NCBI RefSeq assembly: GCF_008065115.1 | Contig: NZ_CP042913.1 | Location: 4,783,257 to 4,847,256 of the forward strand | Length of the DNA stretch: 64,000 nucleotides | DNA from: Bythopirellula goksoeyrii | GTDB taxonomy: Bacteria > Planctomycetota > Planctomycetia > Pirellulales > Lacipirellulaceae | Reading direction: 5' to 3' | Part shown: one piece after another, positions 10,169 through 20,003 of the stretch | Layout: each line of letters starts with the position of its first letter | Numbering within the stretch: the first letter of the stretch is position 1 | Made by a program: the position numbers and the translations under genes | The notes under the pieces: model-generated | What the model saw: the letters and a program-made list of their open reading frames with translations, nothing else | Databases searched by the model: none | Told to the model about the DNA's origin: nothing

Positions 10169-10497
10169 ACACTATGAGTAGCCGTCGCGAAAAAATTGAA
10201 GCAATGTTGGTCGACGATCCGCAAGACATCTTCCTGCGTTACAGTCTGGCAATGGAACTGGACAAAGAAGGCGAGAATGCTGCCAGCCTGGAACAGCTTG
10301 CTGAACTTTATGGCGAGTCTCCCCCGTATGTGCCGGCTTTCTTCATGGCCGGACAGCAACTGGCCCGCTTGAACCGCGTAGACGAAGCTCGCACCGTCCT
10401 ACGCGACGGCATCGAAGCCGCCCGCACCCAAGGCGACTCCCACGCTGCGGGTGAGATGAGCGAGTTTTTGGCGTCGCTGGGGCAATTGGGGGAGTGA
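10165..10497 (+). CDS. Small TPR-like repeat protein
   Basis: 110 aa, helical repeat pattern ('RYSLAMELDKEG...AFFMAGQQLARLNRVDEA'). The start overlaps the upstream stop (ATGA). Confidence 0.5.
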   Translation: MNTMSSRREKIEAMLVDDPQDIFLRYSLAMELDKEGENAASLEQLAELYGESPPYVPAFFMAGQQLARLNRVDEARTVLRDGIEAARTQGDSHAAGEMSEFLASLGQLGE

Positions 10498-10547
10498 GAA
10501 AAATACTCCGCTAAACCGCAAGTGTCTGTCACGCGTCCGTCACGCGG

Positions 10548-11099
10548 CTATCTCTTTGTTCCACAAGCACTTGCCACCGCGCAGGAGGTGCAACTTGCAC
10601 AGCCCCCCTGCCCCATTGCTTCTTCGGTACCGCAGCCGGGGCCGCAGCCTTCGGTGAGTGTCTCGGTGAATTTTCGAAACTCGACTTTGGTTTCGTACGT
10701 CTCTGTCAGACGCTCGATGATCCCCCTGGCAGAATTGGGAACCTCGCCAAGGAAATAGAAAAACAGCCCCTGCCCATCAAAGAGATGTTCGACGTCAACC
10801 AGCACCGCGGGGACTGCTTCGGCGGCTAACAGGTCGCTACAGGCGGCAAAGGCCTCGTGGCGGTTTTTTTCCAAGCGGGCGACCAAGAGGTCATCCTCCA
10901 CAGTCACTCGCCGCAGGATCTGGCCTTCGGGTTCGAGGATTCTTTCCGTTGGCTCGGGGGGGGCCAGAATCTGACCGATTTCCAACCCTCGGGGGCTACG
11001 GACAATTACCCGTGTCTGCCTCGGGTAGCGGGTCGCATCCACCGAGGCGAATCGGCCGACGTGCCCTAATAAGCTGTACCGTACTAAGTGATAACCCAT
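10548..11099 (-). CDS. PSP1 C-terminal-domain protein (RicT/YaaT-like) with a Cys-rich C-terminal tail
   Basis: 'RFASVDATRYPRQTRVIVRSPRGLEIGQI' and 'VLVDVEHLFDGQGLFFYFLGEVPNSARGIIERLTETYETKVEFRKF' follow the PSP1 pattern. The tail 'GCGPGCGTEEAMGQGGCASCTSCAVASACG' carries 8 Cys. Confidence 0.6.
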   Translation of the reverse strand: MGYHLVRYSLLGHVGRFASVDATRYPRQTRVIVRSPRGLEIGQILAPPEPTERILEPEGQILRRVTVEDDLLVARLEKNRHEAFAACSDLLAAEAVPAVLVDVEHLFDGQGLFFYFLGEVPNSARGIIERLTETYETKVEFRKFTETLTEGCGPGCGTEEAMGQGGCASCTSCAVASACGTKR

Positions 11100-11282
11100 A
11101 CCTGTATTCTGACTGTTTCAGGCAGCCGTGCCAAGCTCGTCGTTGCGCAGGCTTCCAGGCAGGTGACAAATGGCAGCCAGGATGGCTGCCCCACGGGGAT
11201 TCCACCTTGCGAATTGACCGCTGGTTTGCATACTACTTTAGAGCCTGGGAAACCAATTTACTCCGACTTGAGCACAAAGACC

Positions 11283-12317
11283 ATGACCAACGCAGCTTCA
11301 GAAACATCCATTTGCCCGAGCCACTGGCAGACGCTCGCTACACGCGTATTGGAGGGAAATGAACTCACCCGCGCCGAGGCGACAGAGATTTTGTCCTGTC
11401 CCGATGAAGAAATACTCGATCTCATGCAGGCGGCGTTTCGTGTTCGGCAGCGCTACTTCGGCAAGTCAGTACAGTTGTATTTCCTCATGAATGCCAAGAG
11501 TGGCCTCTGCCCGGAAGATTGCAGCTATTGTTCACAGTCAAAGGTCTCCGAGGCGGAAATCCCTCGCTACAACCTCTTGAATCGCGAGCAGATTCTCGCC
11601 GGAGCCGAAGCTGCAGCTGAGCGGGGTGCCAAGACCTATTGTATCGTCATCTCGGCACGAGGTCCTAACGAACGCGAAATGGCTGCCGTTGAAGAACTCA
11701 TTCCTGCGATCAAGGAAAAGCACAATTTGGATGTGTGTGCCTGCCTGGGACTTCTGACCTCGGAACAGGCCGAGCGTTTGAAGGCTTGCGGCGTCGACCG
11801 CGTGAATCACAACCTGAACACAGGGAGCGAATTCTATGGCGAGATCTGCTCGACCCACACCTACCAGGATCGCATCGAAACACTCCAAGCAGTGCGAAAT
11901 GCTGGCATGGAGCTTTGCTCGGGGGGAATTGTTGGGATGGGCGAAGCTCCACAAGATGTGGTTGATATGGCCCTCGAGTTGAGATCCTTGGGAGTCGAGT
12001 CGATCCCCGTCAACTTTCTCAATCCTATCGAAGGCACACCGCTGGCCGATCAGGCAGAGCTGACACCCAATTATTGTTTAAAGGTACTAGCAATGTTTCG
12101 CCTGGTTAATCCAGACCGCGAAATTCGAATCGCGGGGGGCCGTGAGCTGAGGCTGCGTAGCTTGCAACCGTTGGGGTTGTATGCAGCCAATTCCATCTTT
12201 GTGGGAGATTATCTTACAACTAAAGGACAGCTCCCAGAGGCAGACTATGAGATGATTCGCGATTTAGGGTTTGAGGTCACCAACGAATCTCGCCCTGCAA
12301 CCACTGCTAGCTGCTAA
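11283..12317 (+). CDS. bioB: Biotin synthase
   Basis: Radical-SAM 'CPEDCSYCSQS' and downstream BioB motifs ('YCIVISARGP', 'CSGGIVGMGE'). SD-independent ATG at 11283; the ORF-track start at 11088 adds a non-conserved 65-aa extension. Confidence 0.9.
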   Translation: MTNAASETSICPSHWQTLATRVLEGNELTRAEATEILSCPDEEILDLMQAAFRVRQRYFGKSVQLYFLMNAKSGLCPEDCSYCSQSKVSEAEIPRYNLLNREQILAGAEAAAERGAKTYCIVISARGPNEREMAAVEELIPAIKEKHNLDVCACLGLLTSEQAERLKACGVDRVNHNLNTGSEFYGEICSTHTYQDRIETLQAVRNAGMELCSGGIVGMGEAPQDVVDMALELRSLGVESIPVNFLNPIEGTPLADQAELTPNYCLKVLAMFRLVNPDREIRIAGGRELRLRSLQPLGLYAANSIFVGDYLTTKGQLPEADYEMIRDLGFEVTNESRPATTASC

Positions 12318-12541
12318 GACGTGCGGGTTGGTTTGCTAGCCCTCGGCGGAAGCCGACGGGGTATTGGCAGGGACCTTCTGCTTTCGCAGACGGGGGTTAC
12401 ATATCTCAGCCAGATTGCCCATTCTATTTTACCGGAATTTCTCAGGATTTCGGCTCAGACTTCCCAAGCATTGAAACCGATAAAGTCTACGAAGGACTGG
12501 GGGCAGGCTTTAAATCTATCTCCATGCGCAGGGAAGCGAAA

Positions 12542-14803
12542 ATGACTCGACGATTGATAACCGGCATCGTACTCGTGGCCATGCTAATCGGCACGCCGAC
12601 GACGATTCATGCCCAACCAGTCCCTAATCGATCGGGTGGAACAACCTTGGTCGACCGCTTGAGCCAGTTGAAGAGCGTATTCGTTCGCGACCAGAGCTCG
12701 AAGAATGAGTCCGCTAACGGTTCGTCGTCAAATCGTTCCTCAACTAATCGCACTGCGCGTATGCCTAATCGGAGTGCTTCCCAGGGACGGGTACAGCAAG
12801 GTGATCTCCTCCCCAAAGGAATCTTTGATCGAAATGCCGATCCAGGTCACCGAGGGAATGAATATGAGTTGGGAGATGAGGTCTTTGATACTTCCCCACG
12901 GCGTGGAAGCAACACGGGCAACCAGGGCTCACTCTCAAACACACGCAGCTCCCCTAGCACGACTCGCGAGAACGAACTTCAGGAAGCCTTGGAAGATCTC
13001 TTGGCTACAGACCTCGACGGATCAGGGAATGAAATCGAAGACCTCGATTCAGACGACGGATTCAACCGTTTGCCAAGTGATAGCGAAGACTTTGATCTTC
13101 GCAAGGCACTCATCAACAAATCGAAAGGCGGATCAGCTCAAACCAGTACTAGCAACGCAATCGAAGATCTGCGTCAGCAGTTGGAAGCATTAGAGCAGCA
13201 AAAGGTATACACTCCCCCTACGGAGTCACGCAACAGGGCTCGCAAGGCGACAAGTGATCGCGATGCCGAACGTGTCTTCACCGGCGTTAGCCAACCTGCT
13301 ACGCAACCAAGCTCGCGGGTCGCCTCAAACATCCCTTCGAAGAGTAGCAACATGCTCCTGAGTAGCAAGCAACCGATGATCGGCTCGCGAGTAGAAGGTC
13401 CGCGACAGATTCTCGTTGGTCGAGAAGCTACCTATCGAGTCATCCTGGAAAACGCCAGTGACACTGCGGCGAAGGATTTGTCCGCCGAAGTAGGTATCCC
13501 CGAATGGGCTGAGGTCGTTGAGGTGACTTCAACGAGCGGAGTCGTACAGCAACAATCGAGCACTCAAGGATCAGAAACCTTGAAGTGGCAATTGCAAGAT
13601 CTTGCTGGTCGGTCCAAGCAGTCGCTGCTGGTTAAACTGATCCCACGCAGCGGTAAACCACTCAATATTTCGGTCCAGTGGACGGTTGCTCCCATAGCAA
13701 CGCAGACCATTGTTGAGGTCCAGGAACCCAAGTTGGAAATGACCTTAGGTGGTCCTGAAGAAGTGTACTACAACAAGGCCCAACGCTATCAGCTTTCGCT
13801 ACGGAATCCAGGCACTGGGGACGCGGAGAATGTTGTGGTCCGACTTGTTCCTCCCGGCGGAGATGAACAGTCTGCAAGCTCACATTCGATTGGCAATCTG
13901 CCAGCGGGAAGCTCCAAGGAGATCGAACTCGAGCTCACGGCACGCGAATCGGGCCAACTTGTTATGAAGGCGACCGCCACGGCCGCTGGAGGTTTGCAGT
14001 CAGAAGCGGTCAAACCAGTTCTCTGCCTCAAACCAGAGATTGAGGTCGATTGGCGTGGCAGCGAGGAGAAATACGCCGGAACTGAGGCCTCGTACTATTT
14101 CCGAATTCGCAATCCGGGCACAGCAGATACTGAACCGGTTACTGTGCAGGTCAAACTTCCTAGCGGGGCCAAGCTGGCTTCAGCTAGCGACGGGTATCGG
14201 CACGATGCGCTTTCGGGGATCTTGAGTTGGCAGCTTCCTGGCATCAAAGCTGGGGATGCACAATTCTTGCAAATTCGTTGCGAGGTTGCCCGAGCAGGCA
14301 CGAACCGATTCGTATTGAATGCCCAAACTGCAGGAGGTGGCCTCAGTGCCACTAAAGAGATCGAAACGAACGTGATCGCTATCGCAGACCTGAAGCTTGC
14401 AGTGAGCGATCCCAAAGGACCAGTGCCGGTTGGAGAAAACGCGATCTATGAGATTCGCATTCGCAATCGAGGTACTACCGATGCTCAGAATGTAGGTGTG
14501 GTTGGACTTTTTTCCGAAGGAATCGATCCCACGGCTGTCGAAGGTGCTCAGTTTAGTGTGCGAGATGGCCGCGTGAGCATTCATCCTATCAATTCGCTGC
14601 CAGCAGGCGAGGAACTCGTGCTTCGGATTCGTGCCACCGCTTCGCGGGAAGGAACCCACGTATTCCGAGCCGAAGTCACTTGCCAGGATCTCGACATCAA
14701 ACTGGCTGCCGAGGAGACCACCAAATTCTATGAAGATCAGTTTCGCTGGGAGGACAGCAAGACTGCCTACTCCAGCGATCAAGAACAGACAATTACTCGT
14801 TAG
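12542..14803 (+). CDS. Large secreted DUF11 (conserved repeat domain) protein with an N-terminal S/N/D-rich low-complexity region
   Basis: Signal peptide 'MTRRLITGIVLVAMLIGTPTTIHA'. At least 5 repeats of the DUF11 pattern ('YRVILENASDTAAKDL', 'YQLSLRNPGTGDAENVVV', 'YYFRIRNPGTADTEPVTV', 'IYEIRIRNRGTTDAQNVGV'). Confidence 0.7.
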   Translation: MTRRLITGIVLVAMLIGTPTTIHAQPVPNRSGGTTLVDRLSQLKSVFVRDQSSKNESANGSSSNRSSTNRTARMPNRSASQGRVQQGDLLPKGIFDRNADPGHRGNEYELGDEVFDTSPRRGSNTGNQGSLSNTRSSPSTTRENELQEALEDLLATDLDGSGNEIEDLDSDDGFNRLPSDSEDFDLRKALINKSKGGSAQTSTSNAIEDLRQQLEALEQQKVYTPPTESRNRARKATSDRDAERVFTGVSQPATQPSSRVASNIPSKSSNMLLSSKQPMIGSRVEGPRQILVGREATYRVILENASDTAAKDLSAEVGIPEWAEVVEVTSTSGVVQQQSSTQGSETLKWQLQDLAGRSKQSLLVKLIPRSGKPLNISVQWTVAPIATQTIVEVQEPKLEMTLGGPEEVYYNKAQRYQLSLRNPGTGDAENVVVRLVPPGGDEQSASSHSIGNLPAGSSKEIELELTARESGQLVMKATATAAGGLQSEAVKPVLCLKPEIEVDWRGSEEKYAGTEASYYFRIRNPGTADTEPVTVQVKLPSGAKLASASDGYRHDALSGILSWQLPGIKAGDAQFLQIRCEVARAGTNRFVLNAQTAGGGLSATKEIETNVIAIADLKLAVSDPKGPVPVGENAIYEIRIRNRGTTDAQNVGVVGLFSEGIDPTAVEGAQFSVRDGRVSIHPINSLPAGEELVLRIRATASREGTHVFRAEVTCQDLDIKLAAEETTKFYEDQFRWEDSKTAYSSDQEQTITR

Positions 14804-15990
14804 GCCGGGTCTATCGGGTCAAACACGAGTGGGTCTTCTGCGCGGGCATTGTTGATGCGAATTGAGCGTTTGCCTTCGAGCAACTCGTCGATCACATTTC
14901 CTACGACCTCTGCTCGCCAACCTTCAGCCAGTGAGGGTGTGGGTTGATCGCCGTTGGTGAGGCCGATGCGATAGGCAATCAGTTCTCGCACATCCGAAGC
15001 CGTACCGACCATGCTGGTTGCAATCTCCGCTCGGCGACAGATTGTTCCCAAAGCGGGTGCGAGAAATTGCCCCAAGAGATTCAATTGCGAGGGAAGTTCT
15101 GCTTTGCGTCCTCCCACGTGGAGCCTTTCAGTGGGGCCTTCCAAGCCTCGCTGGACACAGTCGGCTAACTCCTGTGCCTTACGCTTGGCGGGAGTACGTT
15201 CAATGCCACGAATCCCCATAATGCGATCTGGTGAATCGACCTTGCGTTTTGCAATCTCAACTAACAGGTCGTCTCGCAAAATTCTTCGTGGAGGCTGATT
15301 ACGGCTCTGAGCTTCTTCCTGTCGCCATGTCCACAGTTCCCGCACAATCGCAAGACTTCGCGAACTGAGTTTGCCAATTCCAGACACACGCCGCCAATCC
15401 TTACGACTATTGGCTGCGATTACTTCATTCTGCCAAGCGATCATCTCGGAGGCAAACCACTCACTGCGTCCAAGTTTCGCCAATAGTTCTGTGAATCGCT
15501 CATGAAGTGGCAAGAGATAGCGAACGTCCTCCAGGGCATATTCTATCTGAGCGTTAGTCAGAGGCCGTCGCCGCCAATCTGTGCGTTGCTCCCCTTTGGC
15601 CGGTTGATGTCCAACAAACTTGCTGACCACGGCACTATAGGATGAAGGATACTCATTGCTACAGAATCCAGCTGCAATCTGTACATCGAACAGATGCTTG
15701 GGTACAGCTCCAACGGCACGGAGAAAGAAATTGAGCTCCTCACGGCCCGCATGGAGGACCGTGACATGGTCTCCGGAAACCATCGTTTCCCAAAAAGGAG
15801 TGAGATCCTTCAAAGCGAGTGGATCAATGGCTGCTAAATCTTCGGTCGTGGCAACTTGAATCAGGCAGAGTTCCGGATGAAAGGTATCCTCGGAAACGAA
15901 TTCCGTATCGATCCCAATGATCGGAGCTTCGCGCAGTCTCTTGCAAAGCTGATTTAGGGTATCCGGGCTGGTAATGGTCGGTGAAGACAC
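14800..15990 (-). CDS. rnd: Ribonuclease D (3'-5' exonuclease plus HRDC domain)
   Basis: 'IGIDTEFVSEDTFHPELCLIQVAT' is the DEDDy exonuclease motif I. The C-terminal half is HRDC-like. Confidence 0.85.
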   Translation of the reverse strand: MSSPTITSPDTLNQLCKRLREAPIIGIDTEFVSEDTFHPELCLIQVATTEDLAAIDPLALKDLTPFWETMVSGDHVTVLHAGREELNFFLRAVGAVPKHLFDVQIAAGFCSNEYPSSYSAVVSKFVGHQPAKGEQRTDWRRRPLTNAQIEYALEDVRYLLPLHERFTELLAKLGRSEWFASEMIAWQNEVIAANSRKDWRRVSGIGKLSSRSLAIVRELWTWRQEEAQSRNQPPRRILRDDLLVEIAKRKVDSPDRIMGIRGIERTPAKRKAQELADCVQRGLEGPTERLHVGGRKAELPSQLNLLGQFLAPALGTICRRAEIATSMVGTASDVRELIAYRIGLTNGDQPTPSLAEGWRAEVVGNVIDELLEGKRSIRINNARAEDPLVFDPIDPA

Positions 15991-16146
15991 AGGGCAGGAA
16001 TCAAGCGGTGTATGCTTCTAGAAAGGTTTCAAGGCAAAGTAGCGTCGATACGGGAACATGTCTCAAGTAGTCTAGCCAATCTTGCTGGCAACGAACAGGC
16101 CGTCGGCAGAGAGAGCTATCTAACAGCTTTGATAGTGGGTTGGAAT

Positions 16147-17826
16147 TCAGTGGTCTTCCAAAGTAGCTGATACGTGGGAACTACTCGCACCCTCAGGCAC
16201 ATCATCGACGAATGAGAGATTTTGCCATTGGTTTAACAGCAAAATCGGAATCAGAACCACACAACTGTATCCCATATAGCCAAAGAAACTGGGCATTCTC
16301 ACGCCAGATTTCTCAGCTATGGCTTTAACCATAAAATTCGGGCCATTGCCGATGTAAGTCATGGCACCCATGAATACGGCTCCGAGGCTGATGGCCTTGA
16401 GCAGTTCTTCCGGGACTCCTCCCGTTATGGACTGCACAGTAGGATCTTGGGCAGTCTTAAAGAAAACAAGGTAGGTTGGTGCGTTGTCGAGAAATGAAGA
16501 CAATGTTCCGGTAGCCCAGAAGTATCCACCTGGGCCAAGTGATTTGGCCAGCACGGCACCCCTCTCAGCCAGAATTTGCAAAGCGGGTTGCATGCAGACA
16601 AATATTCCAATGAATAGAGCAGCAACTTCTACGATTGCAGCAAAGTTAAAATTGTTCGCTTCACGAATTTTCTTCGAGCCAAAGTGGAGCGAAATTGCCA
16701 CCAGGGTCAGTTGAACGACCTCCCGCAAAAACATCCAAGCATGCCAATCCGTGCCTGGTATTGCTTTCTTTGGATCGAGCAAGGCGACTGCCAAAACTAC
16801 GCCTATGAGAAGCGGAACGTTCAGGGCGAGACCACTGATCTTGAGCTTCCTAGTTTGGGTAATATCTCTCTTGATATCACGAATCGTTTCTTGACGATAG
16901 AAATAGAGTTGGTCTGCAAGACAATAGACAAGTATCAGCAGCCCGTTTACTAATAACCATGATGGCCAGAGCCTTAGCGTCCAGGTAAAACTAACTCCTT
17001 CAAGATAACCTAAGAAGAGCGGGGGATCGCCGATTGGCAAGAGACATCCGCCACAATTGCACACGACAAAGATAAAAAAGACAACCGTGTGGCTGACATG
17101 TTTGCGCTCTTTGTTTGTTTCCAACAACGGGCGAATCAATAGCATGGCCGCGCCAGTGGTTCCCACAAAACTAGCTAGCAATCCACCAACGACCATGAAG
17201 GAAGCGTTGGTGAGTGGGTCAGCCCGGAGGTCGCCTTCAATGCGTATGCCGCCAGCAATTGAGTAGAGACTAAACAGCAAGACAATGAAGGGAATGTACT
17301 CCGCAAGAATCGCATTCCCCAGAATCGCTCCGACAAAACCTGTTTGGATCGCTCCATCTGACGGAGCCACTGTCGAGTGGACTGGCCAATGGGAGTCGAC
17401 AGGCATATCGTGCATAAACGCATAGTAGCAAAGGGTGACTAGTGCGAGCCCAGCGGCAACTTTAAACCGACTTGCGTTGCTTTCCCACCAATGTTCAGTA
17501 GCGTGCAGTAGAGGGAGCACCGCAATAGCTCCCAACAACAAGACGAACGGAATGATGGTCCAAAGCGGGGGGGCGGTACTGTCAGCATGTTCTACGCTGT
17601 GGGTGGCATCTCCATGGGCTTCTGAAGAATGATGGGCACTGGCACTCTCCACAAGCTGGGTCGCATATTGGGGATGTCCCCAGAGGGCGCTTAGTAGATA
17701 GAACCCTATCACGCCTACGAGTGCAATCAGGACTGCGTTGCCACTGCTACGATGTCCACTGGAAGTCATGCTCGTGATATCCGTCGCCACTTGGTTTTGC
17801 CTCTGGCGGTTGCAGTTGCACCGCAC
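16147..17826 (-). CDS. ArsB/NhaD-superfamily ion transporter (putative Na+/H+ antiporter NhaD-like)
   Basis: About 12 TM helices. 'TLSSFLDNAPTYLVF' matches the NhaD/ArsB 'SAFLDN' signature. His-rich N-terminal extension. Confidence 0.6.
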   Translation of the reverse strand: MRCNCNRQRQNQVATDITSMTSSGHRSSGNAVLIALVGVIGFYLLSALWGHPQYATQLVESASAHHSSEAHGDATHSVEHADSTAPPLWTIIPFVLLLGAIAVLPLLHATEHWWESNASRFKVAAGLALVTLCYYAFMHDMPVDSHWPVHSTVAPSDGAIQTGFVGAILGNAILAEYIPFIVLLFSLYSIAGGIRIEGDLRADPLTNASFMVVGGLLASFVGTTGAAMLLIRPLLETNKERKHVSHTVVFFIFVVCNCGGCLLPIGDPPLFLGYLEGVSFTWTLRLWPSWLLVNGLLILVYCLADQLYFYRQETIRDIKRDITQTRKLKISGLALNVPLLIGVVLAVALLDPKKAIPGTDWHAWMFLREVVQLTLVAISLHFGSKKIREANNFNFAAIVEVAALFIGIFVCMQPALQILAERGAVLAKSLGPGGYFWATGTLSSFLDNAPTYLVFFKTAQDPTVQSITGGVPEELLKAISLGAVFMGAMTYIGNGPNFMVKAIAEKSGVRMPSFFGYMGYSCVVLIPILLLNQWQNLSFVDDVPEGASSSHVSATLEDH

Positions 17827-18029
17827 TTCTATGGAGAAAGGTTAAGGACTGTGATTGCCTACGTCTACGCCTTGCGGCTAATTCTTAGTGCCGACAAAAT
17901 GGGGTACCGATTTCAATTTTGGCTGAAATTTGGAGTGAAGATCATGGCATTTCTCACAGATAGACTGAATGAATGTCCTGAAAATATTAGGTCATATGCA
18001 GTCCTTTGCCCTAATTCGGGTCCCGATTA

Positions 18030-18719
18030 ATGGGTGCCGAGCAGCAAACACCTCCGGGGAAGGATGTCAAAATCGGCAATACCGAAGCAATCACCCGGAG
18101 CTTTCGGCGGGCTCCCAGTATCGTTAGACTTGGCAAAGAATGTATTTCTGTTACCCACGAAGCCATTGAAGGTCCTATGCCAGAAGTCTGGTTGCGTTCG
18201 AATCGAAGAGTCATCGCGCTGGGACTAGTCCCGATTGTCTTGCTGGGAGTGATGAGTGTGCTGCTGTCCATGAAAACGGCTAGTACCCTTCTGGCAGGTG
18301 TAGCCGTCGGCATGCTAGTTCTCAGCGCAATCCTCTCTGGCATCTTATTGAGAAGCCTCGTAAGTCCCCGAATCGCTTACTTGGATGGCCAAGTGCTGTT
18401 CTATTTGAAAGCAGGTAGGCCAATAGCCGTACCCGTTCATGTGGTCGAGGGTTTCTTTCTGGGGCAAGGTCCCGCCCATCTTCCGATTGGCGATGCCGAT
18501 AGCCAAGTGACGATCAATCTGGTTGCCCGACTCTCCCAAAAAGAACCGCAATGGGCCGAGATCGAAGTAAAACCGGCTCTTGCTCGGTGGAGTGAAGGAT
18601 ATATCAGCATTCGCGGAAGTTGGTGTGAGCCATTGAACGGAGAAGTCATCCGGCGACTCAATCGACGGCTCGGTGAGGTCTCACGAGAACAGCAAGCATC
18701 TGTCGAAAGCAGTTCATGA
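18030..18719 (+). CDS. Hypothetical membrane protein
   Basis: Two predicted TM helices ('VIALGLVPIVLLGVMSVLL', 'LLAGVAVGMLVLSAILSGILL'). No recognised domain. Confidence 0.4.
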   Translation: MGAEQQTPPGKDVKIGNTEAITRSFRRAPSIVRLGKECISVTHEAIEGPMPEVWLRSNRRVIALGLVPIVLLGVMSVLLSMKTASTLLAGVAVGMLVLSAILSGILLRSLVSPRIAYLDGQVLFYLKAGRPIAVPVHVVEGFFLGQGPAHLPIGDADSQVTINLVARLSQKEPQWAEIEVKPALARWSEGYISIRGSWCEPLNGEVIRRLNRRLGEVSREQQASVESSS

Positions 18720-19477
18720 ATCATATACAAAGTCTTGAATCGCCTGCCAACGCACTACTGCATCACGGCAGTCATTCTCCCAAGCTGTTGGTCAGTGTGC
18801 GCGACGTATCGGAAATCGAAGATGCAATCGCCGGAGGTGCCGATTGGATCGATTTCAAAGAACCTCACGATGGTCCCTTGGGAGCAGTCAGCTCGAACCA
18901 AGCTTGTCAAATGGTTCGTGTTGTCGATAGCAGACTGCCAGTCTCAGCAGCTCTTGGCGAGCTGATTGACTGGCAAAGTGCACCCTCGCAGCAACTGTTG
19001 AAGATACCTGGAATTGACGTCGTGAAGTTGGGGCTGGCTGGTTGTGCCTCACTTAGAAATTGGGAGTCCACGTGGCAAGATCTCTATCAACAAGCGGCCG
19101 ACCATGGCAAACAGATGGCTGCTGTAGCATACGCTGACTGGTCGCGCGCGGAGGCTCCTAGCCCCGATGCGGTACTAGAAGCAGCCATCAAGACTGGGGC
19201 AAGTTACTTACTTATCGACACCTGGGACAAACGATCACGTTCGACGCTGGATTGCTTCAACCCAGAGGAACTTGCGGGACTGGTGAAACATGTCAGAAGC
19301 TCGGAGATACGAACCGTTCTGGCAGGAAATCTGCGATTGGCCGACATTTCTTCAGCAGTGGAATTGGAAACTGACATTCTCGCAGTGCGTGGAGCTGCTT
19401 GCCGGGGAGATCGCACTGATACGATCAATTACCAAGCAGTCCGGGCAATCAAGAGGGCGATTGTCAGCGCAAGGTGA
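18716..19477 (+). CDS. mfnB: (5-formylfuran-3-yl)methyl phosphate synthase-like protein (MfnB/DUF556 family; methanofuran/H4MPT-related)
   Basis: 'LLVSVRDVSEIEDAIAGGADWIDFKEP' and 'AVRGAACRGDRT' match the MfnB family N- and C-terminal signatures. Confidence 0.6.
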   Translation: MNHIQSLESPANALLHHGSHSPKLLVSVRDVSEIEDAIAGGADWIDFKEPHDGPLGAVSSNQACQMVRVVDSRLPVSAALGELIDWQSAPSQQLLKIPGIDVVKLGLAGCASLRNWESTWQDLYQQAADHGKQMAAVAYADWSRAEAPSPDAVLEAAIKTGASYLLIDTWDKRSRSTLDCFNPEELAGLVKHVRSSEIRTVLAGNLRLADISSAVELETDILAVRGAACRGDRTDTINYQAVRAIKRAIVSAR

Positions 19478-19738
19478 GTACCTCCCACCTGTTAGGAAAA
19501 CTTGACTAGTTGTTGTCTGTAGTACCAAACGGTGTGAATTAAACCACCCATTTCCCAAGTCAATAAAAATTGCTTGACTATTCGCTCAAATCAGCGATAC
19601 TCACATGCTGTACGACCGGTTTATGGGGGGCAGTCGCCAGAGATCAGTTACAACATGTAATCGATCTGTAGTTTCAGTCGAGCCTCGCATTGATACGGTT
19701 AGGATAATTCGTTTCTGCGACAATTTGAGGATCGAATC

Positions 19739-19936
19739 GTGCAAAAGTCAGTACTGGAAGCGATTAAAGAGGGTGTTTGGGATTTCGAACCGAAATCAAT
19801 CAAAGAGGATTCTTATGATCCGACGGGGGCTATGCCAGGCACGAGAGAAAAACTTTCTGTGATGGCAGAGCGAGTTGAATCTGGACTGCCACTTTGGCAC
19901 GGAGGAGATCGCACCGAGTATGATGACGAGCGCTAG
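19739..19936 (+). CDS. Small hypothetical protein (65 aa)
   Basis: The ORF has a non-repetitive, charged composition. It lies in an otherwise gene-free 500-bp gap with a TTGACT-N16-GATACT promoter-like motif upstream at 19574-19601. Confidence 0.3.
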   Translation: MQKSVLEAIKEGVWDFEPKSIKEDSYDPTGAMPGTREKLSVMAERVESGLPLWHGGDRTEYDDER

Positions 19937-20003
19937 TGCCTCGTTCATTTCGATGGATATCACTTTTCTCAGTTGAATCTGAGGCATTTGAATCGGAGGT
20001 TTT

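Noticed and set aside
11088-11282. 65-aa N-terminal extension of bioB
   Set aside because: Non-conserved and not part of BioB. The internal ATG at 11283 gives a canonical 344-aa BioB.
19574-19601. Sigma-70-like promoter TTGACT-N16-GATACT upstream of the 65-aa ORF
   Set aside because: Kept only as a note. Planctomycete promoter consensus is poorly defined and a single hexamer pair is weak evidence, so it is not reported as a feature.
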